A stretch of DNA of 47,366 bases. Source: an uncultured Pseudomonadales bacterium. GTDB lineage: Bacteria; Patescibacteriota; Microgenomatia; UBA1400; MFAQ01. Where the stretch lies: positions 1-47,366 of the forward strand of contig CAZYOB010000006.1 of the NCBI GenBank assembly GCA_964648275.1. The letters are read 5' to 3'. The notes below the pieces were generated by a model. It saw only the letters and a program-made list of their open reading frames with translations. It was not told the origin of the DNA and searched no databases. Position numbers and translations under genes: made by a program. Below, in pieces: positions 9,450 to 18,259 of this stretch (position 1 is its first letter; the number at the start of each line of letters is the position of its first letter).

Positions 9450-12268
9450 GGGTGTCTCTTTATTTTGACGGTATCACCTTTAACCAAATTATCCACAAGG
9501 GTTTTTCGTTTTATTTCCTCTTCAGATTCTTTTGGCCAATCGGGAAGTTCGACATCTATCCTTTCATCAAGTCGACACCCCGCTAGCTTGCGCGCTTCTT
9601 GAATTTCCCTGACAAGTTCTCTGGCTTTACCTTTCGCCCTTAGCTGATCTGTGATCTGAGTATCGAACTCGATGCCTTGCTCTTTTGAATCTATCAGAAC
9701 AACTTCATCAACGTTAAGTTCATCTTTGATTAACTGAAGAAGTTCGATTTCATCTTTGAGGGAAGAAAAATTGCCGCTAACATTAATCTGAGATAGTGGT
9801 TGCTTGGTGGCAATACCGAGAGCTTTACGGGAAGCATTACCCATCTCGGCGATCTTCCTGACTTGAGACATCTTGGATAGTAGTTCTGTGTCAATAACAC
9901 TTCTATCATTGACTTCCGGCCAATCTTCCAGATGAACCGATTCTTCACCCGTCAAATGCCGGTAGAGGTATTCGGAGATAAAGGGAATTATGGGAGCACT
10001 TGTCCTGAGGAAGACCTTAAATACAGTAGCCATGGTGGTGTAGGCGATCTCTTTATCTTCAATATTCAAGGATCCCGGACCGACTCTATCTCTTGATCTT
10101 CTGATGTACCAAGTTGAAAGGTCATCGACAAATGATTTAAGAGCGGCGACTGATTTTGGAATCTGATATGAAGATAGGCTCTCATCCATATCCAATATTG
10201 TCTGATCAAGACGAGTTAGAATCCAAGCGTCCAGTGCTGTGGGTCTGGTCGTGAATTCAACCTTTAGTTCCCAATCCTCCAAACTAGCATAGGTAACAAA
10301 ATATTTATACGAATTCCATAGGAGCATAAGAGTTGTCTTCAGCTCATTAGCCCAGTCTGATTCAGAAATGGCTATATCCTGACCGAGAACTATCGGGCTT
10401 CCCATAAGGTAAAGTCTGAGAGAATCGGCACCGTATTTTTCGATCGCCTCTTTGGGATCAGGGAAGTTACCGTAGTTCTTGCTCATCTTTCTACCATCAT
10501 TCCCCTGGATCACTCCGGTAACGATTACGTTCTTAAAAGCAATTGAGTCGAAGAGAAGATTAGAAATTACATGAGTGACGTAGAACCAAGCTCTTAGTTG
10601 ACCAGTGTACTCAGTGATAAAGTCTGCTGGAAAATTGTTTTTGAATTTTTGTTCATTCTCAAATGGATAATGTACTTGCGCATATGGCATCGAGGCAGCC
10701 TCTACCCAGCTGTCGAGAACCTCAGGAACTCTCTTGGCCTGCTGACCACACTTTGGACATTTAAGGGTTACTCTATCAATATCAGGGCGGTGCAGATCAG
10801 TTATTTTTTGACCTGAAAGTTTTTCTATATCAGAAATCGACCCGGCAACAATTTTTTCACCACAAACACATTCCCATACAGGTATCGGGGCTCCCCAATA
10901 TCTAGTCCTTGAAATACACCAGTCCGGTGCAGAATCAATACCCAGCTCAAATCGTCCGTGCTTAAAAAATTCCGGTACCCAATTTATATCGGAATTTGTG
11001 TCCTTAAGTTGCTTCTTTACTTTCTGAATATCGATGTACCATGCTGTTTGTGCTTTATAGAGTAATGGAGTTTCACATCTGTGACAGTGTGGATAACTAT
11101 GAGTAATTTTTGTACTCTTATACATTAATCCCCTATTCTCAAGATCCGTGATGATAAATTTGTCAGCTCCCTTAAAATATTTTCCTTGAGCAACTTCGAC
11201 AATTGGATCCATCATGCCGGTGTCATCAACCGACTCAGCCATTGATAAGCCGTGTTCTTTCCCCAGCTGGGTATCATCTTCTCCGAATCCCGGTGCAATG
11301 TGAACAATACCCGTACCGTCTTCCATGGAAACAAAATTCGCGGAATATAGGTGGTAATCGTTATTGTTTGAGGGGTAATAGTGGTATAGCGGTTCGTATT
11401 CTTTCCCTTCAAGCTCATGTCCTTTAAACTCTCTCTGAATTTTGTATTCATCACCGAGAACCTCTTTGAGTCTGTCTTTGGCCATTATCAAGTTTTCCCC
11501 ATGATGTTCTACTTGAACATAGTCGCTGTCGGAAGAAAATCCAAGAGCAAAGTTGCTAGGAAGGGTCCAGGGGGTGGTCGTCCAGGCCAAGATGGAAGCA
11601 TCTTGATCTTTAAGTTTGAATTTAATGAATACCGATGGGTCGGTGACGTCTTTGTAGGAATTATCCATAGCAACCTCAAAGTTGCTTATGGGAGTCGAAC
11701 AGCGAGGGCAAAATAGTGAAACACGTTTACCTTTGTAGATAAAACCTTTGTCGAAAAGTTCTTTGAATACCCAAAGGACAGATTCCATGTAGGGCATATC
11801 CATGGTTCTGTAAGCATTTTTAAAATCAACCCAGCGACCAATATGGTCTATGTACCATTCCCACTCTGCAGAAACATTTCCAACATATGATTTGCAGGCG
11901 GAAACAAATTTATCTATACCAAGCTCTTCAATTTCTTTTTTTGAATTAATACCAAGCTCCTTTTCAACTTTATTCTCTGCCGGTAGACCGTGACAATCCC
12001 ATCCCCAGACTCTTTCCACCCGCTTGCCCTTCATAGTCTGGAAGCGAGGAATGACGTCTTTTACTATGGATCCCAACAGGTGGCCGTAATGTGGTTTCCC
12101 GGTGACAAATGGAGGACCATCATAAAACCTGTAGGAGTTACTGGCGCTTCTGGCCTCCACAGATTTTTCAAAAGTCTCGTTTTCTTTCCACCCTTTAAGT
12201 ACCTCTTCTTCTACAGCTGAGGGAATGTAATTTAGGTCTAATGATTTAATCGTTTTCTTTTTATCCAT
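9446..12268 (-). CDS. ileS: Isoleucine--tRNA ligase, type 2 (IleRS2)
   Basis: DGPPF, HYGH, GWDCHGLP, WTTTPWTLP, WCISRTRYWG, KMSKN; Ile T-box upstream. Confidence 0.96.
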   Translation of the reverse strand: MDKKKTIKSLDLNYIPSAVEEEVLKGWKENETFEKSVEARSASNSYRFYDGPPFVTGKPHYGHLLGSIVKDVIPRFQTMKGKRVERVWGWDCHGLPAENKVEKELGINSKKEIEELGIDKFVSACKSYVGNVSAEWEWYIDHIGRWVDFKNAYRTMDMPYMESVLWVFKELFDKGFIYKGKRVSLFCPRCSTPISNFEVAMDNSYKDVTDPSVFIKFKLKDQDASILAWTTTPWTLPSNFALGFSSDSDYVQVEHHGENLIMAKDRLKEVLGDEYKIQREFKGHELEGKEYEPLYHYYPSNNNDYHLYSANFVSMEDGTGIVHIAPGFGEDDTQLGKEHGLSMAESVDDTGMMDPIVEVAQGKYFKGADKFIITDLENRGLMYKSTKITHSYPHCHRCETPLLYKAQTAWYIDIQKVKKQLKDTNSDINWVPEFFKHGRFELGIDSAPDWCISRTRYWGAPIPVWECVCGEKIVAGSISDIEKLSGQKITDLHRPDIDRVTLKCPKCGQQAKRVPEVLDSWVEAASMPYAQVHYPFENEQKFKNNFPADFITEYTGQLRAWFYVTHVISNLLFDSIAFKNVIVTGVIQGNDGRKMSKNYGNFPDPKEAIEKYGADSLRLYLMGSPIVLGQDIAISESDWANELKTTLMLLWNSYKYFVTYASLEDWELKVEFTTRPTALDAWILTRLDQTILDMDESLSSYQIPKSVAALKSFVDDLSTWYIRRSRDRVGPGSLNIEDKEIAYTTMATVFKVFLRTSAPIIPFISEYLYRHLTGEESVHLEDWPEVNDRSVIDTELLSKMSQVRKIAEMGNASRKALGIATKQPLSQINVSGNFSSLKDEIELLQLIKDELNVDEVVLIDSKEQGIEFDTQITDQLRAKGKARELVREIQEARKLAGCRLDERIDVELPDWPKESEEEIKRKTLVDNLVKGDTVKIKRHP

Positions 12269-12276
12269 ATAAATAT

Positions 12277-12319
12277 AAAAAATCCAGCTTTAGAGCCAGT
12301 ATAGCTCCTTTGCCGGATT
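12277..12319 (-). terminator. T-box attenuator terminator
   Basis: AATCCGGC...GCTGGATT stem with inner GAGC/GCTC, followed by a T tract; its 5' strand overlaps the antiterminator 3' strand. Confidence 0.8.
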
Positions 12320-12476
12320 AGAGTCTCAAACTTTTATAAGTAGAGACGGTACCATCTAATTGTTTAACTTTATTGCTGGCTATTACGGGCCTTCCCGAGG
12401 AGGTCTACTCTCAGAAAACTGAGTTCTTCTCCCGGCTTGCCCGGTGATAGCCGAGCTCAAATGCCTTGTTGAATCG
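12277..12476 (-). ncRNA. T-box riboswitch leader of ileS (AUC specifier, ultrashort Stem I)
   Basis: Stem I GCTCGG-CTATCA-CCGGGC; Stem II with GAA/AGTA S-turn; CGGG..GCCCG..GCC pseudoknot; antiterminator ATTAGA-TGGTACC-GTCTC..GAGAC-TCTAAT. Confidence 0.9.
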
Positions 12477-12482
12477 AGTATT

Positions 12483-12491
12483 ATTATACCA
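12483..12491 (-). promoter_or_regulatory. Extended -10 promoter of the ileS leader
   Basis: TGGTATAAT immediately upstream of the T-box. Confidence 0.7.
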
Positions 12492-12520
12492 ATCTTTGTC
12501 TAGTACAATTAATTTAACTT

Positions 12521-14044
12521 ATGGGAGCTTTATTATTCCTGATTTCCAGGCTGTGGTTTTTGAATTGGGATGAGGTTTTTTTTGATTCCGGGGAATATAT
12601 TAGCCGTTGGGCAAATCCAAATTATTTTTCAGCCATTATTTCTGGACATCCACCACTACATCTGGGATACATCCTCTACAACTGGCCAGTTTTTCGACTG
12701 TTTGAGAGGCAAGGGCTGAATCCACTACCAGCAATTTTGCTCGTTCAGGTCACTCTCGCTTTACTTTGCGTTTTCTTTTTTGGTAAGGTAGTCAGCAGAC
12801 TGGTGGAGGATAAGACAGCTAATAGAGCAATGATATTGGTTAGCTTGTTACCTATTTTCTGGATTGTTAATGTGACAGTGATGATGGAAACAGGTTATCT
12901 ATTCTTTTTCTTCGGTAGTCTATTTTTCTTAAGCAAATATACTTCCGGAGATGAAAAATACCGATATTTGATTCTTTCGACCGTTTTCTGGATGATGGCT
13001 TTCTTAACTCACACAGTAGTCTTAATCTGGATCCCCTTTTGGCTCTACCTGGCGTGGATGTGGAGCAAAAAGAGATTTATAAAGATCTTGATTGCGGGAA
13101 TATTATCTCTATTGGTAGCCAGTGCCATCAATGCATCATTCCTGGCGAATTCTCTTAAGACAACTCTGGATCAGGGATTTTACTGGCTTTATGCTGCAAA
13201 ATTTGGAGAGCATGCATGGTTTTCTTTTGATGTTGAAACTATTGGTAGGTATTTGAGGAACTGGTGGATCCCTTTGGTCTACAACAACACTTCACCGATT
13301 GTCATAATCGGCCTTCTATCTTTTAGTAGTATGTGGAAGACAAACAAAAAACTATTTTGGTTGGGTGTTTTTTGGATAGCGCCGTCTTTAATTGCCAACC
13401 AGTGGTGGGACAGCTTGCTTTACGGACGACATGCTCTGATAGCCGGATTTGGTTTGGCTTTCTACGTGTCGGTATTATTAAAAGGAATAAGTTATCGAAT
13501 TATCTCCCTGATAGTTCTGGTGATCTCGTTACCGACTCTTTCACTTTTAAGCCATCCAATTCCCTACAACTTGATGTCGGATAAAATCAGTCAATTACCT
13601 GGAGGCGGGCTTCTAATCGACAGCCATTTTGCACGACCGTATACAGATGGAAATTATTTTGGAAAAACTATCTACGTAGATGAGCCCGGATGGAACACTG
13701 CAGAGGCTGCCAGGATACTTGAGGAATACATTGATAACCGAAGAGATGTCTATGTTACCGGACATGCTTTAAGCGAGCCCTATGGCCTTTTTAGTGGTCC
13801 ATACCTACATCCGTTATCACTGTCATACAAAAATCCCTATATTTTGCAGCAAATCACAGATAAATGGGGGTTTGCGGAGTTCGAGGAAGTTAATCGGGGG
13901 TTAAACCTGATGGTTTACAAAGTCATCCCTCAGTCAGGAAAGTACGCAACTATAAAAAGGCTGGACGAGAATAGTAGGAGGATCGACTATTACGACCCCT
14001 TGCGACTATTCATGTCGGCAATTAAGGGTGGTCTAAATTTATAG
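12521..14044 (+). CDS. Polytopic membrane GT-C glycosyltransferase (PMT/ArnT-like)
   Basis: N-terminal loop WDEVFFDSGEY..HPPL, many TM segments, GRH loop and a soluble C-terminus. Confidence 0.65.
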   Translation: MGALLFLISRLWFLNWDEVFFDSGEYISRWANPNYFSAIISGHPPLHLGYILYNWPVFRLFERQGLNPLPAILLVQVTLALLCVFFFGKVVSRLVEDKTANRAMILVSLLPIFWIVNVTVMMETGYLFFFFGSLFFLSKYTSGDEKYRYLILSTVFWMMAFLTHTVVLIWIPFWLYLAWMWSKKRFIKILIAGILSLLVASAINASFLANSLKTTLDQGFYWLYAAKFGEHAWFSFDVETIGRYLRNWWIPLVYNNTSPIVIIGLLSFSSMWKTNKKLFWLGVFWIAPSLIANQWWDSLLYGRHALIAGFGLAFYVSVLLKGISYRIISLIVLVISLPTLSLLSHPIPYNLMSDKISQLPGGGLLIDSHFARPYTDGNYFGKTIYVDEPGWNTAEAARILEEYIDNRRDVYVTGHALSEPYGLFSGPYLHPLSLSYKNPYILQQITDKWGFAEFEEVNRGLNLMVYKVIPQSGKYATIKRLDENSRRIDYYDPLRLFMSAIKGGLNL

Positions 14045-14313
14045 CCATAAATTATCAATCCGGTGTCCCCCTCCTCTTTGAGTTTTCTGGTGACCATTTC
14101 AACAGGCATACCGATGTAAATTTCCTTAAGGTCAATATCGGTTAACTGGGCGGTGATGAGCGGACCTTCTTCAAGTTTGATCAAGGCGACGGCGTAGGGC
14201 ACAAATTGCTCAAAACCGGCGGGCGCATCATAGATGATTGTGAAGGAATAAACCTCGCCTTTCCCGGAGTATTGAAATTTTTCTTTTAATCCACACAGAC
14301 GGTCTCTTTCCAT
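13990..14313 (-). CDS. DUF35-type OB-fold protein lacking the zinc ribbon
   Basis: SGKGEVYSFT, PYAVALIKLEEG, AQLTD, IGMPVEMV, YGYKFRP. Confidence 0.85.
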   Translation of the reverse strand: MERDRLCGLKEKFQYSGKGEVYSFTIIYDAPAGFEQFVPYAVALIKLEEGPLITAQLTDIDLKEIYIGMPVEMVTRKLKEEGDTGLIIYGYKFRPPLIADMNSRKGS

Positions 14314-14349
14314 GGGCGTATTATCTCAATACAAAACTCTCATACCCTA

Positions 14350-14787
14350 TCAGGAAGCATAGACACCCACCATCTCGGTTTTGTCCAAAACATGTCCTTG
14401 CATCTGCTTTTCCAGCTGATTTTTTTCTGCAATACCGGAAAGATTCAGGGCGGTGTCTAAAGCGTACAGCTTAAAAAGATATCGATGTTGACCTTCCGGT
14501 GGACACGGCCCTGTGTATTTTTGGTCTCCAAAGCTGTTTGTCCCCTGAACCGCATTAGGTGGAACACTGCCTTCATGTATCTCCGTCTGGTCTTTGGGAA
14601 TATTCCAAATCAACCAGTGGGTGAATATCGCATCCGGAGCATCGGGATCATCGATAATTAAGGACAAGGTCTTGGTGTTTGGCGGAATGTCCGTAATTGA
14701 AAGTGGCGGATTGATATTTTGACCAGCACAAGTGTAAATTTGAGGGATACTACCTCCGGGTTTAAATGCGGAACTGACAATATTCAT
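14350..14787 (-). CDS. YbhB/YbcL (PEBP/Raf kinase inhibitor-like) protein
   Basis: DDPDAP, FTHW, YTGPCPP, HRYLFKLYALD. Confidence 0.95.
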   Translation of the reverse strand: MNIVSSAFKPGGSIPQIYTCAGQNINPPLSITDIPPNTKTLSLIIDDPDAPDAIFTHWLIWNIPKDQTEIHEGSVPPNAVQGTNSFGDQKYTGPCPPEGQHRYLFKLYALDTALNLSGIAEKNQLEKQMQGHVLDKTEMVGVYAS

Positions 14788-14827
14788 AGTTTTGTGAAAC
14801 TTGTTACCATTTTAGTTTAGCAACAAC

Positions 14828-14856
14828 TTGACAGACCGGTCAATATTGTGTAATTT
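14828..14856 (+). promoter_or_regulatory. Sigma70-type promoter with palindrome over the -35
   Basis: TTGACA-17-TAATTT; TTGAC-agaccg-GTCAA inverted repeat at 14828-14843. Confidence 0.55.
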
Positions 14857-14860
14857 GTAA

Positions 14861-15099
14861 TTAATCCCACAAGAGGAGTGTTAAGATGCCTCCTTTAGCA
14901 ATTTCGCACTTTTTGATATGTGGCAGTGTAGCTTAGGGATGTTGTCCGATTCCAGACTAATATACTGCTCACCACGAAAACCAGGATACAAGTGACTGAC
15001 CGTACATGAGGCGCCGAGGATATCTGTCATGTAATGGTATATGGTGACGAGACTTAAGGAATAAGAGGTCCGATTGTCTTGAAAATATCGGGCCTCTTT
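14861..15099 (+). ncRNA. Candidate structured non-coding RNA, family unknown
   Basis: No long ORF; several abutting helices with G-U pairs on the plus strand; flanked by a promoter and a terminator. Confidence 0.5.
15063..15099 (+). terminator. Intrinsic terminator, possibly bidirectional
   Basis: AAGAGGTCCGAT-12 nt-ATCGGGCCTCTT hairpin. Confidence 0.75.
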
Positions 15100-15111
15100 A
15101 ATGCAAAAAAA

Positions 15112-15771
15112 TTAGTAGTTAATCTTTATGTATTTAGTTTCTCCTTGAGGGGTGATGTATTTGAGAGCCAGCTCCGGTTTGATGTCTTTATCTTGAATCC
15201 AAGTGGCTATATCGGTAACCCAGGTTTTTTGAGTCACCTCGGTCCCGAAGGCAATATCTATTTTTTTAGTCTTGCTCACTTCGGAGCGATAAGCATTTTG
15301 ATAGAAGCTTTTTCCATTAATCACGAGAACAAGTTGGGGAGCAGGATCCCAGCCTGTCTGTTGAATAGTGGAGGGGTGGATACTGGATCCTGATGGGTTA
15401 TTTTGATCTCCTATAAATTCAAAGACCGCATAGAAGAACGTCATTCCGGGAACTGCTTTAGATCCATCTGCCTCATCGGTATTGCCAAATTCCTTGACTT
15501 TAAAACTGGCTTTTCCGGAAAGGTTGATAAGAGAACTTTCAAGTTCTTCGAGAGACTGGTAATTTTCAGGTGAATTTTTATAGTCTCTCAACCGAAAATC
15601 GACAACGATTTCCTCGTCCAGATTCGCAGTTCGATCATAAGTCACAGTTTGAGACGCGGTTGATTTTCCCGTAGCTCCCGATCTGATATCAGCCTGTCCT
15701 GCAGGTAGACACCCCGATAGACCTAAACCAAACGCTACTAACAAGAAGGTAATGAACCACTTGTTATTCAT
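15112..15771 (-). CDS. Putative lipoprotein with Ig-like (DUF4352-like) domain
   Basis: Signal peptide with LSGC lipobox; TTGCAT-18-TAGAAT promoter 6 nt before the ATG. Confidence 0.65.
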   Translation of the reverse strand: MNNKWFITFLLVAFGLGLSGCLPAGQADIRSGATGKSTASQTVTYDRTANLDEEIVVDFRLRDYKNSPENYQSLEELESSLINLSGKASFKVKEFGNTDEADGSKAVPGMTFFYAVFEFIGDQNNPSGSSIHPSTIQQTGWDPAPQLVLVINGKSFYQNAYRSEVSKTKKIDIAFGTEVTQKTWVTDIATWIQDKDIKPELALKYITPQGETKYIKINY

Positions 15772-15816
15772 ACCCCCATTCTATACACGTGTTTGTAACA
15801 AATGCAACTTTATCCT

Positions 15817-17424
15817 TCACACTTCGACAGTGTGTTTTTCTGTAGATCGAAGCGCTACCAATAGAAGAGGAGCAAGTGTGGCAAGGCCGGCGATAAATAA
15901 CATACCAAGCGAATCGGAAAGACTGATGTCTCCCTTGGCAGAAAGATTAATCAAGTAACTAAGAGCTGTGCCAGCGAGTACTACTATCCCTAAGGCAGTC
16001 AAGCCAGCAAACCCAGTACTGACTTTTTCCGGATCGTCCCCAAGAGTGTAATCAGGATTGATCATCCCAATGAGGGTTAAGGACAGCGCAAGCCAAATAA
16101 TGACCAGCGAGCCTGAAGCGAGCAAGTATAAATTAGGCGTACCGATAGGACTGAGCGACCACTCAATGAAACCGACCAACAGGAGAGGAAGAGAAATAAG
16201 CAGGCCCGCGAGCGTTTTGGACTCTACCAGTCGAGCTGTTTTTATGGGAAGAGAAAATAACCACCAGCGGGTACGACCCTCCCTGGCCATGAGAGGAAAA
16301 ACAAGCCGGATAATATATGTACCAGAGTAGAAGATCAGCCAAAACCAGGAAAATACGACAGCAGAACTAGTAAATCTTGTAGGAATCCTGTTCACCTCGA
16401 TACCTCGGGCAAAAAGACTGAGGAAAATTATCAGCATGAGGAAGAGAAAAATTCCATACCCCAGTTCTTTGGGGCTTCTGAGTATCGAGAGGATATCCTT
16501 TTTAATTAAATTAAGGGTAAGGACTTTGGTAGGGATAATTTTAAGCTTTGGTAAATTAAGGTCTAACCGTACCTGTTGCCAACTAGTGATAAAAAGCATT
16601 CTCTGAATCAATATAGACATAATCAACAAAAGGGAGGTGACCGAGGCAATAGACAAATAATGAGTACCGAATCCATTCTCAAGAATACCCGTAAGAGAGT
16701 TGGCGATGAAACAGGATCGCATTAGCGGTAAGTTATTGAAAACTCCGGCAAAGTTTTCAATCTCGATCTCAGATAGAATATCCAACCTGCCAGGGAAAAT
16801 GATGAAGTAGACAAGTATTGTCCCGAGGAGGAATACCAGAGCAGCACCAAACAAGTAAAGAGGGCCCTCTTTTTTCTTAATGCTGTTGGCGATGATGTAT
16901 GCAAATGCCGACCCCAGAGATTCAACTAATAAAGAAAGAATCAACAACACAGACACTGATCTAAAGATTGAGTCTGCAAGGGAGATATTTCTACCGGAGA
17001 AATATGACAGTGCCAGAGGGAAAATAGTGATCAAGAATAAGGACAGATTTAGAACAAAAGTCTTAACTATCTGCCAAGAAATGATGTTTAGCGGATCGAT
17101 GGGAAGTGTGACCAAATTATCCGTCACTTTATTGGGAGAAAGAAGAAAGGTAAGAGTGCCGATAAAAGAACTAAGGATCCCAATCCAAGCAATGATCAGA
17201 ATGGTGGCTCTGAGCACGTAGCCTATGGTCAGATCTCCGTAAACTTCAAATTCGGAGAGGTACTTGAAATAAAAAAGTGAGAAATAATAGATAAGCAAAC
17301 CAACTCCGATCATGACGGATAAAAAGGCCAAAGCTATGAGAAATTTCCAAATAGCTTCTTTTTCGAACCACCTGCGAGTTGCCTGCAGATCAAGTTTTAT
17401 TAATACGGAGAGAGTATTAAACAT
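15817..17424 (-). CDS. ABC-2-type exporter permease
   Basis: Two repeats of multi-TM with TLPI/SLPI and REG motifs. Start placed at MFNTLS, which overlaps the ATPase stop by 8 nt. Confidence 0.8.
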   Translation of the reverse strand: MFNTLSVLIKLDLQATRRWFEKEAIWKFLIALAFLSVMIGVGLLIYYFSLFYFKYLSEFEVYGDLTIGYVLRATILIIAWIGILSSFIGTLTFLLSPNKVTDNLVTLPIDPLNIISWQIVKTFVLNLSLFLITIFPLALSYFSGRNISLADSIFRSVSVLLILSLLVESLGSAFAYIIANSIKKKEGPLYLFGAALVFLLGTILVYFIIFPGRLDILSEIEIENFAGVFNNLPLMRSCFIANSLTGILENGFGTHYLSIASVTSLLLIMSILIQRMLFITSWQQVRLDLNLPKLKIIPTKVLTLNLIKKDILSILRSPKELGYGIFLFLMLIIFLSLFARGIEVNRIPTRFTSSAVVFSWFWLIFYSGTYIIRLVFPLMAREGRTRWWLFSLPIKTARLVESKTLAGLLISLPLLLVGFIEWSLSPIGTPNLYLLASGSLVIIWLALSLTLIGMINPDYTLGDDPEKVSTGFAGLTALGIVVLAGTALSYLINLSAKGDISLSDSLGMLFIAGLATLAPLLLVALRSTEKHTVEV

Positions 17425-18139
17425 AAGCAGTGTGTACTTCTTTTTCGTACATTTTTTCCAAGTCAACTTTTTTGGGGTCACTAACTTCATGAATTAGTTT
17501 CCCTTCATGAATGATGCCTACTCTGTCCGCATATTTATGGGCAAATGTAAGAGTGTGGGTGGACAAGAAGACCGACCCTCCCGATTTGGAAAATTGCTGT
17601 AACTTCTCACCAAAGATTTTTATGCTTAGAGGGTCAAGACCTACTACCGGTTCGTCAATGACGAGCAGTTTGGGATCACCAAGTAGGGAAGCCAGAAAGG
17701 CTGTTTTCTGGAGGCTTCCTCTAGAGTATCCAGCCATGGGAGTATTCAAGACATCTTCAATAGGAAATATATCTTTTAACCTTCCAACCTCTTTATCAAT
17801 CTCAGCTTGAGAAAGGTGCTTTAACCTTGCTGTCAGATAAAGGAATTCCATTCCGGTAAGGAATGGGTAATTGGCTGGATTGTCAGGGACGTAACCAAGC
17901 AAGGCTTTGGCAGTGATAGGTTTTTGGTTAATGTCTATACCGGCGATGGTGATTTCCCCATTGTCTGGCTTGAGGAGGCCAACAATGTTGTTTATAAGAG
18001 TGGTTTTCCCTGAACCGTTTGGACCGATCAGAGCATAGATCTCTTTGGGCCTGACATCAAACGAAACAGACCTTAGGGCGTGAAGCTTGCCAAATGACTT
18101 GGAGACGTTCTCTACATGCAAAATAGCTAGCTGGTTCAT
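17417..18139 (-). CDS. ABC transporter ATP-binding protein
   Basis: Walker A GPNGSGKTT, signature YSRGS, Walker B LLVIDEP, STH switch. Confidence 0.95.
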   Translation of the reverse strand: MNQLAILHVENVSKSFGKLHALRSVSFDVRPKEIYALIGPNGSGKTTLINNIVGLLKPDNGEITIAGIDINQKPITAKALLGYVPDNPANYPFLTGMEFLYLTARLKHLSQAEIDKEVGRLKDIFPIEDVLNTPMAGYSRGSLQKTAFLASLLGDPKLLVIDEPVVGLDPLSIKIFGEKLQQFSKSGGSVFLSTHTLTFAHKYADRVGIIHEGKLIHEVSDPKKVDLEKMYEKEVHTAYV

Positions 18140-18188
18140 ATATTCAATGTACCTCGTTTTTTAGTTCGATGCAATTTTTTTTACAATC

Positions 18189-18211
18189 AAAAACCCAGGC
18201 GGGAGCCTGGG
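18189..18211 (-). terminator. Intrinsic terminator downstream of the VanW-family gene
   Basis: CCCAGGC-tccc-GCCTGGG followed by TTTTT. Confidence 0.75.
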
Positions 18212-18259
18212 CTTGGATGAGATTAAACTTTAGGGTTTTTAGGCCTAATTTTAGGGATG

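Noticed and set aside
9446-12268. IleRS2 as an acquired mupirocin-resistance gene
   Set aside because: It has an ordinary HYGH motif, a housekeeping context under T-box control, and no mobile element.
14969-15047. Hammerhead ribozyme (CGAAA and CTGA present)
   Set aside because: CTGACCG does not fit CUGANGA and the helix order does not match.
15079-15393. 104-aa plus-strand ORF as the product of the 14828 promoter
   Set aside because: It starts inside the terminator loop and is antisense to the lipoprotein gene.
15784-15800. Possible parS (ACACGTGT core)
   Set aside because: The flanks do not match TGTTTCACGTGAAACA, and it sits in a promoter spacer.
18229-18256. TTTAGG(G) telomere-like short repeats
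   Set aside because: Only three irregularly spaced copies in a 3' UTR; consistent with chance.
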